64,000 bases of DNA from Vermamoeba vermiformis (GCA_045837725.1 JBEWZL010000208.1:124001-188000), one strand, 5' to 3'; positions 48,979 to 62,112 are shown, numbered from the stretch's first letter. Notes: generated by a model from the letters alone, not told the origin. Numbers and translations are program-made.

Positions 48979-51900
48979 TTAATAAGAAATGTTGTTAAAG
49001 GCCTCGTGGAACTCGTCGGTTACAGCAGTAAAGGCCGAGTACAACGGATCGTAAACATTGTCCGAGGTCAATTGCTTCAATGCAGCCGTCAATTTGCGCA
49101 AGATATTGTCCCATTGCTTCAACATGGCATAAGCGTCGTAATCAGTCATGTTGTTGTCCTTGACGAGGTTCTTGACCTGTTTGTTCTTGTAGAAATTGAA
49201 CGCGTAGCCGTTGCATTCTCCGTCCTTGCACGTGTCAATAAGAGGACTCAATGAAGGGTCAATAGGCGCAAGTTTGAGTCGCTCAAAGGCATGATTGACA
49301 CTTTCGTTGACACGTGTCACAATCGCGTTGTAACTTTCCATCACCGCACGAACATTGGCGGGCAAAGTCGGTGCTGATTTGGTCTGCGTGTCACCGGTGA
49401 TCTTTCTGGGCAAGATCAAGTAGCTCAATATAGTCATCAAGTTATCGTTGGCAGCGGATCTCTCGCTGGCGATCTTCTCCTTGGTCATGGTAGCAGAAGG
49501 CAAGAGATTGTACGCGGCAACAATGTTATCCAAGGCACCGCAGTGAATGAGGAAGCCAAGGGGGTAATTGTAGGGCGAGATCTCTATTGAATGTGCTGCG
49601 AGCCCAGCAAGGCCAATAGGACGGGCCTTGTCATCGATCAATTTCAATCGATACAAGAACTCCACACAGTAGCGAAGTGATCTCGATGCATCAATTTCAG
49701 CTTGTTGGCTGGCGTCCTTGGTGAATGTGGGCGATAAGGGCGCTACCTTAAGGTGTGAAATCTTGTTGTGAGCGAGCGTCTTGTCCTTGGCTTGGTGGTG
49801 CAAGATGAGACAGTCAAGAGTCGTATCAATGTCAATCAAGTTAGGGGTCACGAGCTCTTGGATTGGCGAGTAGATCAAGTCCGCAATGCGGCTGTTGTTC
49901 ATGTAGAAGTAGACCACATTGCCGAGGTTGTCAAAGCCACGACGACCAGCACGACCTTCCATCTGAACAGCGTCGAGTGCTGACAAGTTGGGCGAGTTGC
50001 GCAAGAACACGGTGGTCTTTGAAGGCATGTTGAGACCTAATGACAGAATAGGCGTGCCGACAATAACTGTCAAAGCACCAGCTCGGAAGAGAGTCTCGAC
50101 CAAGTCACGATAAGGCTTTGGCAAAGCTTGACTGTACGAGGCAATACCACGAGTCAGTGCCAGAACGAGCGGGTGACGAGAGCTCCAGCCAGTCTTCTCG
50201 AACAAACGGCGCATCCAGAAGATGACGTCTTCGTGCGAGAACAACTCGCGAGCCAAGAAAGAGCACTTGTCTGAGACGTTCAACGAGTACTCGCGCACTT
50301 GTTGGAGCTTGGCGTTGATCGCGTGGTAGCGCCACATCTTGGCGAGTTGTTTGCGCGAGATCTTGGTTTCTTCGTTCGGATCCTTCTTGTCGTTGACAAC
50401 CTTCTTGTCTTTCTCGACTTTAGGCAGCTCAATGTACTCTTTCTTGGGCTCCATGGCCTCGAGATGTGCTGCGACTTGTTCGACGAGGTCAACGACAAAT
50501 CCGCCTTCGTACCAAAAAGCAATTGTAGGCAACAAAGTTCGTTGCTTCATCAACTGCAACAAGTCAATGAATTGCACGGCAACTTCTTTCGTTGATTGGG
50601 TCTCGGCACTGCCGTCTTGGTCAGCGAAACGTTGCAAAGATTCAGCGACACGTTTTCGTTGTTCGGCGTTCAGATCTTCAATGTACACGCGGAACAACTC
50701 TTGTTGGAACTTGCGAGAGTCATCGCGCTTGATGAATCCGTGTTGCGAAAAGAATTCATCGCTCTTAAGGAGGCTCTTGAGCTTGTCCTCGCCGAGTTCT
50801 TTCTTCAAAGCAGACCAGATCTCGTGCACTTCTTCGGGTCTCAAGTGCAAGTGCGGCAAGAACTGCAATCTCTCAGGCTTGTCGGCAAGCACGATCGGAT
50901 TCATCTTGACTAATTGACTCGACTTGTCTTCCTTGGGAGGCACGAATTGGTATCTAAATATGTTACTATTAGTTCATCGTCAAGTTATTAATCTTTTTCA
51001 AGGCTTACCGCTGAATGTCGTTCCAAGGCTGGATCGGGGCCTTGGGCAACAAAGCAACTTCTTGAGAGGTCACGGTTTCGAGCCACGATTGAAGCTTGGC
51101 AGGATTCTGAACAGTGGCTGAGAGTGCCAAGAAGGGGCAAGGCACAAAGGCCAAGGACTTGGCATAGCTTGAGCGCAACGACGATTCATCATCTTGCGTG
51201 CCAATGCAATGAATTTCGTCAAAAATGACGTATTGCAATCGACTAGCCCATTGTTGAGATGCAGGTGAGATCAACAAGCTGAACAAGATTTGAGGCGTGC
51301 AAACGAGAATGTCGCAATTGTCTACGTTTTCGCGGTACTCGCTCGTGAAGAGACCAAAAGTGACGTTCTCTCCCTTGTATCTCTTGTAGATATTGGCGCC
51401 CATTTGATTGACCAATGGGGTGCTAGGAGCCACGAAAACAATGCGAGACTTCATGTCCGTGTCCATTGACTTAGCCTTAGGATCGGCTTTCGTCTTCTCC
51501 AAGACACGCGTGATAGTGTAGAACGAGATGAAAGTCTTGCCCGTGGAAGTAGGTGCCACGACCAACGCAGACTTGTCTTGTTTGATGCGCTGAATGACGT
51601 CGTACTGCCATTGATCGGGGAAAAACTTGACGTCCTTGTGTTCTTCGAGTCTCGGAGCAATCTCACGAACAAAGTTCTCGCCAAGGTGCAAGAACTGGAA
51701 GTCAATGTAGTTCTTCGTGAAGACCTCTTTGCCGTCTTTCGACTTCACAACCTTGTGCAAGACGTTGTATCCAGCAGCACGGATCTCGTCGGTGTTCTTG
51801 TCACTGACTGCTACATTCAACGATTGGCTAATAGGAGTGAAGCCAAGCGTGTCCAACGTGTGTGCCATGAACGCATAAACGGTGTGGTGCTTGGACAAGT

Positions 51901-53447
51901 GTCGCTTGAAGTTCATGTACAGGTCATGAATGCACTGAAACACTGCGGCTACATTCTCTGCGCTGGGCTCTTTGTTGCAGTCATCGATGCTCCAAGACAA
52001 CGAGATCGCTAAGATTTTGATGCACGTGTCTGCTTTGAACTGCTTTGACATGTTGCGGTCTTTGAGCACGGAGAACAGCTCACGGCGCAATCTCAATTGT
52101 CTGTCAGGCGTGTTGCGAATGTTATTCAACGCTGCAACGTCGTACAGGTCTTGCGGGACTGTTTAAAAATTAGGTCAGATCTGACCATTGACAAAATGAC
52201 ACTTTTTGACACTTACAATTAACCTTCTTGCAACGCGCGCAGAACTTCCAATCAGGTTTGTTTTTCTTTCCGCATGCTGCGCAACAGTCATTGCCTAAGG
52301 AAATAATTAATAAACGCGTTTCATCCAAAATTTAACACATTAAATTTTACCTTCGCCTTTGGCTGCCTTGCATTTCGGGCAGTTATCTTTGCCTTTCAAA
52401 TCTGCGCCGCATTTCTTGCAGAAAGAAACTTCGGGCTCTGAAAATTAACGGTTAAAATCGAGTTTAAGACGGTAAGATTGCAACCTGAAAAAGTTTTCAG
52501 GGTTGATCTGAAGTTATCTTACCTTTAATATCATCGCCTTCAATAAAGATCTCGACGTAGATACGCAGATTTTGCGAGAATTCTAAAACTTCAGGGGCTC
52601 GCTCCACCGAAAGAGATTCGGCGGTTTTGTCCATGAATAAGGTCCAGGACTGCTTGTTACCTCTATGATCATTCTTGTCGCCGATTATAGAGGCGTTTAG
52701 TAGCTTGCCGTTGTTCCAATGGAATTTTTGCTGAAATAAGAAATTGAAAGGAGATCCAGCGGTGTTTCCATCTGGGGACACGACTTTCAACATCCGCTCT
52801 TCAAACACTTCTTCTTCAGCAGCAAGCAGGTTGTGACCCATAATTTGATCTTTATGAAGGTCTTTGACCAAAAATGATTCCAGAAGCGGGGAATCAATGG
52901 CTCCGAGTCGAAGATCAAAATCCGATCTTGGCACGATTAATTCTGCGGACTCGTAAAACTCTTTGACAAGTTGCTCTACTTCTTTGGCAAATAGGGCACC
53001 CTTTCTGTCATATTCTTTAAATTTTTTGGTCACTTCTTTTACGGATTCTTCAAGACTTTGCTTTTCTTGAGCTTGTCTTGTTTTGAGCGAACTGAGCTCG
53101 GTCTTCAAACTGGCATTATTCTTCTTATATGCACGTTGCTCTCTTTCTTCAAGTTGCTCTTGTAAAACATTCTTATCCGGGATTTGGGCTTCCAATATTT
53201 TTCGCCACCAGGCCATGACGGAATTGAAGTCCGCTTCCTTGGATCTAGTAATTTCTTCTTCGCGTAGTTTGTAAAGTAGATCAAGATCTTGTAATCGCTT
53301 CTCAGCAGATTTGATCTGAATCTGCAGCTTGACAGCTGCGACCAGATCCTCTGGGGTCCAGGGTTCGTTGACTACTTCTTGTACTACAGGTTCGTCTAAT
53401 GCTGTTTCCCAGTCATCGTATAATTGTTCTTGTGTGTTATCGTTCAT
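48979..53447 (-). CDS. DDX60: DDX60-like Ski2-family DExH RNA helicase with an N-terminal coiled coil and CxxC..CxxC motif
   Basis: FFPDQWQ..SALVVAPTSTGKTFISFY, VIFDEIHCIG, CPFLALSATVQNP, LSLGLNMPSKTTVF, QMEGRAGRRGFD..GNV. Joining of the 52497-53447 exon is inferred. Confidence 0.78.
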
Positions 53448-53569
53448 TATTCAGAATAAAAAATGGATCAAGAAAATTTTTTGCTTTTTATACCGCCCAA
53501 TGTCCCTTTGCCCTGGCATAAACACGGCAATCATAAATTACAAAGAAGTAAATAATTTTGCATGGCAGA

Positions 53570-55143
53570 TTATAGTATCATGCTCAATAGAGGTAGCAAT
53601 GACAGTTGGATCGCGAGTTTTAAAGTGCTAGATCTCGAAGTTCGTGATGGAGTTGTATTTTCATTTTCAGAGGGGGTATTGCTACCAGTAGGAGATGTTG
53701 ACGGGCCGTCCGCAGGCACAGTGTAGCTACCTTTAATGGCCGCGTCGATGTCTTCCCTTACGCTGTTCACTAGCAGGGCGCTCACGCCACCCTGTGAGCC
53801 AAAAGTTGACAAGACACCGTAGAAGTTGTGCGTGCGATCAATGAATGGGTAGAAACCAAAGGCTCCTGGACTAGAGCGCACGTGATACTCATCTGTGCCA
53901 CAGATTGGCAAAAATACGGACGAATTGCATTCAACCCAATGACCGAAGGCTGTCGTTGTGGATTAGTACAGCCAAGCATTCATCAATATTACAAGTGGTT
54001 GTCTTCTTACCGTAGTGCCATTCGAGATCAAAAGCAGTTGCCGCCGAGTAACCGATCGTCACGTTAGTTCGATCCAGTTCCATGTTGGTGATGGTCTCGG
54101 GCTTCAAGTATTGTTTCAGGTACAATGCTCGCACTAACTTGCCGTAGTCGTAAGCACTTGCAAAGATGCCACCTAAGAGCGTCGAGCCAATCAGAATCAA
54201 GTACACGGTATTACGTGTGTTTACCTGTTGAACTGTTACGTACCAGCCATTCGTGGGTTCATTTGACCACCGTAGCGCATTGCTAATTGCAACGGCTTGG
54301 TCAGGTAAGTTGCGAACAAAACCTTCCAGTCAATGCCTGTCTTGTTTTGCGCAATATAACCCAGCACTTGCATGTGGTTGCCTCTATACAACAACGTTAA
54401 TAAGTACTTAACTACAATGTACAACACGAACCCATAGTAGAAAGTAGATCCAGGCTCAGTAGAAACATTCATGTTGTAGATCACCTTCACACAGTCCTCT
54501 CTGGTTCAAAATTAGGTCCAAATGCTGCTACGCAGCTACCATAAAACCAATAACTTACAGTGAGATAGAATCTTGATTGTTAAGACAACCAGCTTCGTCG
54601 TTGAAACCACTCTGGAAGGTTAGCAAGTGATACACTAGAAACATCGGACATTAGCGCTGCATTATGGTGAAATTCAGTCACAATATTTACCTGTGACACG
54701 AGAGCGTGGGTCATTGGGATCGTTGGTCCACCATGGAATGATATCTTGGGGTCGGGTGGACAAATCCAGAATTCCCTACGCGATGGGTTTGGGTGATTTG
54801 CTTTTAAACTTTACTCGTATCAAAATAAGCATACCTCTTCTAAAAGTCGCTGTATTACGACGCTCATAGGCCATTTTGAAGCACTAGCGATCTGCAGGAC
54901 ACTTGAACCGTTAATCGAGCCTAATCAAATATGCAATTAATTTAGAGTAAGAATTAATCGGCGATAAGTACCTTTCTGAAATGTGTAGATGATGCCAGAT
55001 TCGTTGCCAATAAATAAGAAGAAATTGTCGTTTACGGTAGTAGCACTTAACTTATCGGTGACCACTTGCCAAGGGTCTTCTGTCGTCTGTGCTCGTGCAC
55101 AACCGAGCGCAGTCAATAACAATAAACAAATTATGGCTTTCAT
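53570..55143 (-). CDS. Secreted, probably GPI-anchored beta-lactamase/PBP-family serine hydrolase, copy 1
   Basis: Signal peptide; IASASKW (SxxK); TVYHLLTFQSG; PGSTFYY; SSPGAFGFYPFID; Ser/Thr/Pro stalk and a hydrophobic tail. Confidence 0.82.
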
Positions 55144-55215
55144 GAGCTAATGTATTCATAAATCAAACTCAAGTTACTTTCTAGTGTATTCATAACCAAA
55201 ATTGCCGAAATAATG

Positions 55216-55235
55216 AATCACACGAATGGATCACG
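55216..55235. promoter_or_regulatory. Conserved 20-bp upstream element of hydrolase copy 1
   Basis: AATCACACGAATGGATCACG is identical to 57159-57178 upstream of copy 2, although the surrounding sequence has diverged. Confidence 0.55.
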
Positions 55236-55317
55236 TCAAAACGTTAAAATTTTGATTCTTTGGGCCAGGTTAACGGTCCGTTTATGGGACAAAGAACAAA
55301 AGCATTTTAATGACTTA

Positions 55318-56992
55318 CTAAAGCGTAAAGCTAACGAGAAAAACAACCAAAAGTTGGAGCGTCAGCGCTAAGGTGCTAGATCCGGAGGTTCGTGACGGAG
55401 TTGCGAGAGCAGGTGCATTGGTAGTAGGAGAGCTGCTGCCAGTAGGACTGCTGCTCGGCACCACACCACTGTTCGCGCTCTTGATGGCTGCATTGATATC
55501 GCTTTTCACGCCGTACAGAATGTTCACGCTCACGCCACCCTGTGATCCAGAAGTTGACAAGACGCCATAGTAATTGTTCGTGCGATCGAGGAATGGATAG
55601 AAGCCAAAGGCACCAGCACTCGAGCGTACGTGATACTCATCCGTTGCGCAGCTAGGCAAAAATGTCGCGGAGTTGCATTCAACCCAATGACCGAAGGCTG
55701 AATAAGAGCTAGTTAGCGTAAATTTATATGATATCATATCATTAGCAATGCTTACCATAGTGCCATTCAAAACCAAAGGCGGTGGCTGGCGAGTAAGTGA
55801 TTGACACGTTAGTTCGATCCAGTTCCATGTTGGTGATGGTCTCGGGCTTCAAAAACTGCTTCAAGTACAAGGCTCGCACTAACTTGCCGTAGTCATAAGC
55901 ACTTGATATGAGACCGCCTACATGCCAAAAGAGTTAGAACTCGGATCTGCAACCAAATCATCGGACACGTGCCACTTTGTTGATAGGATTTATCAAAATA
56001 GTGCTCGTAGTGCTACATACCAGCCAGTCTAGGGTTCGTAGTGCCGCCATATCGGGCAGTCATATTCAACGGCGTTGTCAGATAGTTCGAGAACAACGTC
56101 TTCCAGTCAATGCCTGTCTTGTTCTGTGCCATGAAGCCCAGTATCTGCATGTGATTGCCACTGACAGTATGACATTAATATTGAACAGATAGTAGTGCAC
56201 GAACTCACCTGTAGTAAAAGGTGGAGCCTGGTTCCGTTGAAACATTCATGTTGTAGATCGCCTTTGCGCAATCCTCCCTGGTTTGATATTAGTATACTAT
56301 AGTTAAATATTAATAGGCTTACAGTGAGATGGACAATTGATTATTGAGACAGCTAGCATCGTTATTGAAACCGCTTTGGAAGGTCAGCAAGTGATACACT
56401 AAAAACGTCAGATGTTAGAGCTGTATAAGTTGAGATGAAGACGTGATTTATACCTGTGACACGAGAGCGTGGGTCATTGGGATCGTTGGTCCACCATGGA
56501 ATGATATCTTGAGGTCTCGTGGACACATCCAAAATTCCCTACCAATTCCGAATTAGAATCTGACCGACTTGATAAAACTGAATCATATCAAAATAAGCAT
56601 ACCTCTTCAAAAAGTCGCTGTATTACAACGCTCATAGGCCATTTAGAAGCACTAGCGATCTGAACGGAAGACGAGCCGTCGATCGAACCTGGACAACGTT
56701 AATAATTACGGCGCTATAAATATTGCGTTAAATTATTATATTATAAAGATATTCGAGAAGGAAAAGAACAAATTGAATCATTTTGGCGGATGTTATTCAA
56801 TTAAAATTTACCTTTCTGAAATGTGTAGACAACGCCGGATTCGGTGCCAATAAATAAGAAGAAATTATCATTGGTCGTCGTGGCATTTAATTTATCCGTG
56901 ACCACTTGCCAAAGCTCTTCAGTCGTTTGTGCTCGTGCGATTGTTGCGCAGCCGAGCGCAGTAAATAAAATAATACAAATTATGGCCTTCAT
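55318..56992 (-). CDS. Secreted, probably GPI-anchored beta-lactamase/PBP-family serine hydrolase, copy 2
   Basis: Tandem paralogue with the same exon structure, SASK motif, SSAGAFGFYPFLD, a Ser/Thr stalk and a hydrophobic C-terminus. Confidence 0.82.
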
Positions 56993-57158
56993 TGGTTCTT
57001 GTAAGGTGTTGCTGTATTATTGAAATAGACAAATAAGCTACAGTGCGTCCAACCTTCTTTTGTTACAAGATGGGACATGAAAAGAGCCCGAAGGACGTTC
57101 AATAAAACTATTTATGCTTGACGTGTGTCGACCAAAGCAGCCGAAACATTAAAAAATA

Positions 57159-57178
57159 AATCACACGAATGGATCACG
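57159..57178. promoter_or_regulatory. Conserved 20-bp upstream element of hydrolase copy 2
   Basis: Identical to 55216-55235; both copies have a GCCGAAA nearby on the gene-proximal side. Confidence 0.55.
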
Positions 57179-57304
57179 CCAACAACACTTCAAAACAGGT
57201 TAAATTTGGAAGCACTTAGAATTAACTAATTTAACGACATAATGTTAAATTGGTTACAAATAATTAGATATAAAACAATTTATTAGTAAAGACAGTGCGC
57301 CAGA

Positions 57305-59213
57305 TTAATATTTACAGTTAATATTCGTGGTCAAGGTCGGGTTCGCAGGACGAGACAACACCATTTGAACGTCTCCCAAAAATCTCGTCTTGAAGCCAGC
57401 CTCGCAATAAGTGAAGTAATATTTCCATTTGCGAATGAATTCGTTATCAAAGCCCATTTTCATAAACTCGTCTTTGTGGCTCATAAAATTTCGTTCCCAC
57501 ATCTTCAAGGTCTTCGCGTAATGGAAGCCAATATTTTCCAACTCTTCGAGCTGTAAATTGCTCGATTTGGCCATAGCCTCAGCGAGCGACGTAATCGAAG
57601 GGCAAAGGGATCCAGGGAAGATGTATTTTTGAATGAAATCAACGCTCTTTGAGTACTCAGGGAATCTATAATAATAATATCCTCGTTAGAGCTTATTTTA
57701 TAACGCAATTGTAACGAAATAATCGGTGCCGCTATTGGCGGGAAGTTTTCAGTGGACTAACGGCTGGTACACAAGCAACGCTTACCTGTGATCAGGAGTG
57801 GTAATGACTTGGATGACAGCAAGGCCTTCGGGCTTCATCAATCGGTCAATAGAAGCAAAGTAGTTGTTGAAGTTTTCTTTGCCGATGGCTTCAAGCATTT
57901 CAATCGAGATCACCTTGTCGTACTGATGGATAAAGCGTTATATAATTGTCAATATAAGTAAATATAGTTACAATAAGTGATGGCATAGCGAAATGATTAT
58001 AAATAAGGAAATTGCGGAGGAATTTGAGTTTCAGATCTGCTGTTTCAAGACTTACTTGGCCTTCCATATGTCTGTAATCGCTAAAAACGACGTTGATTTT
58101 GTCGTTAAGTCCATTTTCCTCGACGCGCTTCTTGGCCTCTTTGTACTGTTCTTCCGAGATCGTAATCGTTGTGATCTTGCAACCCGTTTTCTTGACGCAT
58201 TCAATGGCAAAACCTCCCCATCCACTACCAATCTCGAGCACGTGATCAGTCTTCTTAATTTGGCCCTAATTCCAAAAGTTGATTAGAATTTCTTGTTTCG
58301 GTTCGGATTGCGCTTTCAAAAATAAAATAAATCGAATGCGACCGTTAAATTGCACTCGTGAAGGGTAGGAATAAAATTGCAATAATTGTTTAAATTGCTA
58401 TTCTCAACTTTGTCCGTAAGGGCTCCAGTCCAAAGTTAAAGATATTTTTGGGATCTGCTCTCGCGACTTAAATTTGCAAAATTTTCGGTAATTTATTCAA
58501 CCAAATTGAAGTCATTATTAAGTATTAATTATGTAAAACAAAATTCGAGCATTATTGCTGAAACCGAAGCAGATCAGGAAAATTTGGATTTGCCCGACCA
58601 GAATTTCGGGCCAAGACAATACTTGCAATTTCAAAATGAGCTATTTATATGGAGTACTTCCTACCTTTTCAATCATTTTGTGGATTTTGTTGCGCTGGGC
58701 TTCCTCCAAGGTCTCATCGGGGCGCTTGAAAAAGGCGCAAGAATACATCATTGTAGGGTCCAAAAACTTCATAAACATGTCGTTGGAGAGGTCGTAGTGG
58801 TCGTGAATGTTCTTGCGAGCATTCTTGATGGTATTCGTGCGAGTTATGACGTAAACTAAGCGCCCGAACCATCGCGTGAGGGCCGATGTGATCGCATTCG
58901 TGTCTGCAACCTGACGGTTGGCCATCATTACCTCAAAAAATTTAGTGAGATCATCGACGTCAATGTCCTCGGCCATATAAGCCTCAGCAAAGCCAAGATC
59001 CCAGCCAGTAATGACTTTCCAGTAGAAAGATAGTTCTCTGTTGACCGTTACAGTGACGCGCAGGTTACGTTCTTTTTCGTCGCCAATAATTATCTCTTCT
59101 CGAGGGGTCTTAAAGACGATGCATCCGGCTTTCAACGTGCGTAAATACGAGAAAAAAATATAGTGAAGCAGAGAAAGGACCAGATTCGACAAAAAATAAA
59201 TAGGAGCAGCCAT
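57305..59213 (-). CDS. cfa: Cyclopropane-fatty-acyl-phospholipid synthase (SAM-dependent methyltransferase)
   Basis: LGFAEAYM, NIHDHYDLSND..FLDPTMMYSCA, LEEAQRNK, VLEIGSGWGG, DKVISIEMLEAIG, FIQKYIFPG, HYAKTL..W, RKWKYYFTYCEAGF. Confidence 0.93.
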
Positions 59214-59845
59214 TTTAATAAATAATAGTTGCTCTTGTGGTCGTTATAAATACAAAGCGTGAAGAAAAGTGCTAAAAAATCAGTTCTTGTTTTGGCTTTA
59301 AGTCCCAAAAAGGAAATAAACATCCGACGAGGTCACGCGAGAAAATATCCGAGGCACGCGATTAAACGACGTGGCAGAACAGACCAATGGGCATTCAGGA
59401 ATGCAATTTTCCCCGTTCCGTGTGACGCAGATCGTGCTCCTCCGGCCTCAGTTCTGTTACCGCGCGGCTCGTAATTAGTTTATTCGTTAAATACATTGAA
59501 AATGGCCGCTGCAGTTAAATTAATCCGCCACTCAGGCAACAAATGAAGGGAACCACCATTGAGATCGTTTTCAAATCCAAAATCAAAAGACCCAAAAAAT
59601 ATATGCATTTATTTAGCAGAGTAAATGTGACTAACACTGCTGTATGGAGGCAAACTCAAATCAAACACTATTAAAATAGTAAATGCACTTTAAAGCGCGC
59701 AAGTAGTCCCATCCGAAGTAGTAGGTGAGACTAATCGAGACAACTCAAAAGGGGACGCGTCGTCCATAAAAGTATCAAGCGACAATTTCTAGTAATTTAA
59801 TTTCATTGTAATCGGTAATCGAGCACAACACATGAAATATTTGAC

Positions 59846-61945
59846 ATGGAGGTAGCAAATCAGGTGGGCCTATAATATTAAAATTGCCGCTAAAGCTTAC
59901 CGCATTAATTATATAAAATTACTGAACAACTAATTACATGTTTCTTTATTAATACAAATAGCAACTCATAATTAATTTAAATCAGATCGTATTTTTTTGT
60001 GTTAATTGATTTAACCACAGATTTCTTCGCTGAATAACGACACCTTAATCCATGTGCTCGATTACCTCGACGACACAAATGCTATTGTAGCCTTCTGCTT
60101 GACAAGCAAAGGATTTCTTGAACAACTCGTGTCTGTCATACAACCCAAACTGCACAACGCATTGCCCTTTTCGTACGACAAATGCACTTCGTTGATTAAG
60201 AAGGTCAAAATATACCGCTCATTAATCTCAGCACGAGATACGGCACCTGGTCTTCAATTCTTCGAGTTTGAGTGTCCTAGAGCCTCTTCCCAGGTTCGTT
60301 TGGAGGCGTACCAAGTGATTACGAAAATGCTGCCGTGGAACTCGAAAATGTTCGTGGAAATTTCAGTGGCGCAGTCATTAGTCCAGAAAGGTCCAGCTTA
60401 TTTCTGCGTCTATTCGATGGATCAAGCCGCACCGATCTTCACTACTGACTTGTTGAACGGAAAAGACCCTAATAAGTCTGTGCTAGTATTTGAGGCTCTA
60501 GCATTCAACTCGAAATGTAAGTTGGTTCGCGTGATCTGCATCTCTGACTCAAATCTAACAGAATTTTTTAGTGAAATACTTCGCGTTAGCATATCGTTAT
60601 ATCTATGATTCACAATCCGTTAAGCAGGTTGTACGCATATATTCTATTAAAGGAGAGAATTCAGTAGAGTTGATATTAAATGAAGAATACGAAAAGATTA
60701 AGCGATCCCCACCCACCTTTCCTGATATTTCAATGGCTATTACTGGTAACATCAAATAGATCACATATACTATTTGAGTTCGTATTAACTATTTCCGTAG
60801 ATCAAGGTGAATTATGGATCTCGCATTTTTACGACGGACCTGCTTGTATTTCAATTGCCGACAAGAAGATTATGAAGCTTGATGTGGATCCAGCAATGAA
60901 AGATTTAAAGTTCATAGAACACAAAGGCAAAGCTTTATTAGTTGGTGGTAAGTAGATCAAACACACGCATTGACGAACAATAATTAAGGAAATACTTCTT
61001 GTAGAAATCGAAGAAGAAGGCGCATTATGCATTAGAATTGATGACGTGGCACAAAACATTACGACACAACGTCACCAAATAACGAATATGCGATTGTTCT
61101 TGGTTGGAGTGAAAGGAGATCTGCTCGTCTTCAAGGCATTCATATATGGCAAAAAGATGGAATATTTCGCAATAGACTTGGAGAAGAGAACGCGTGTTAA
61201 TATAGGAGAAGCATCTGTATCGTTTTCTGGAAAGTACTTGCTTGATCAGAAACTGGATCAGATCTCGATAATGAGCTTAACGAACGGTGCTAAATCAGAC
61301 GAATTAAGCGCCAAACTGTCCTATAATATGACTAATAGTGGTTGTATATTTCAATGGAGCTCTAATAGCGATACCGTTGTCGCATCTGTCCCGTACAAAA
61401 GATGCCTCGTTGTTGGACAAGCTCCTAACACTCTTAAGCATTTTATGGAACCGTCGAAGAAACCTATAGTTTAGACAATGGTAGTACTTTAGTCAAATTT
61501 CAGCACAAAAGCAGCGTGGATCGTGCCATACAGCAACTCTCTGCTGCCTCGCAAAAACAGGGAGGACAATCAGTATGGACAGGCTTCGGAACCGCATTCT
61601 TTGGATTCGAAAATATTAAGCTCGGAGATAATATCACTGAGAATAAGCGGGTAAGACAAATAATATGAACAGATCCAAAATGAATTAAACTAATACTTTG
61701 TATTTATAGCCTGGACTAGGAGTAAGATAATATTGCGATTTTAATGCACCGTTAATGATACAAATGAATAGATATTGCACCTTGAGTCAACAAAGAAAAG
61801 AAGAACCGCGGAAGTGCCCAGTTTCGATTTGGCATTCGACTCAGAGCTGGTGATTACCGACTGCGTAGTTTCTGACGATCAGAAGCATTTGTTCGTCGCT
61901 GGTACTTGTGGTCTGCAAACTATTGTACTGAAAATGAGGCTCTAA
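59846..61945 (+). CDS. F-box protein with beta-rich (propeller-like) C-terminal region, multi-exon
   Basis: MEVANQ|ISSLNNDTLIHVLDYL..IVAFCLTSK is F-box-like. Coding-like exons continue past the ORF stop at 61474 to ITDCVVSDDQKHLFVAG...RL*; the junction near 61340-61475 is uncertain. Confidence 0.55.
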
Positions 61946-62112
61946 AGCAATTGTTGGCCTAACTCCTATTAATAAAACTTTAGATACCGTTTTGCACGTG
62001 CGTTTGTGAGTTATTTTTCGTAACCATGTTTTTTTATGAGGGACCAAAACAGTTGCTTTAAAATGATATTATTCTTTTAAATGAAGTAGATAGCACGACG
62101 TATTTAATTTCA

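Noticed and set aside
48952-52166. Many plus-strand ORFs (e.g. 50339-50917, 51578-52012)
   Set aside because: Antisense shadows of the long, codon-biased helicase exons.
61340-61480. Apparent frameshift in the F-box/beta-rich gene
   Set aside because: A plausible intron ending cctaacactcttaag (61438) can restore the frame, so pseudogene status is not supported without transcripts.
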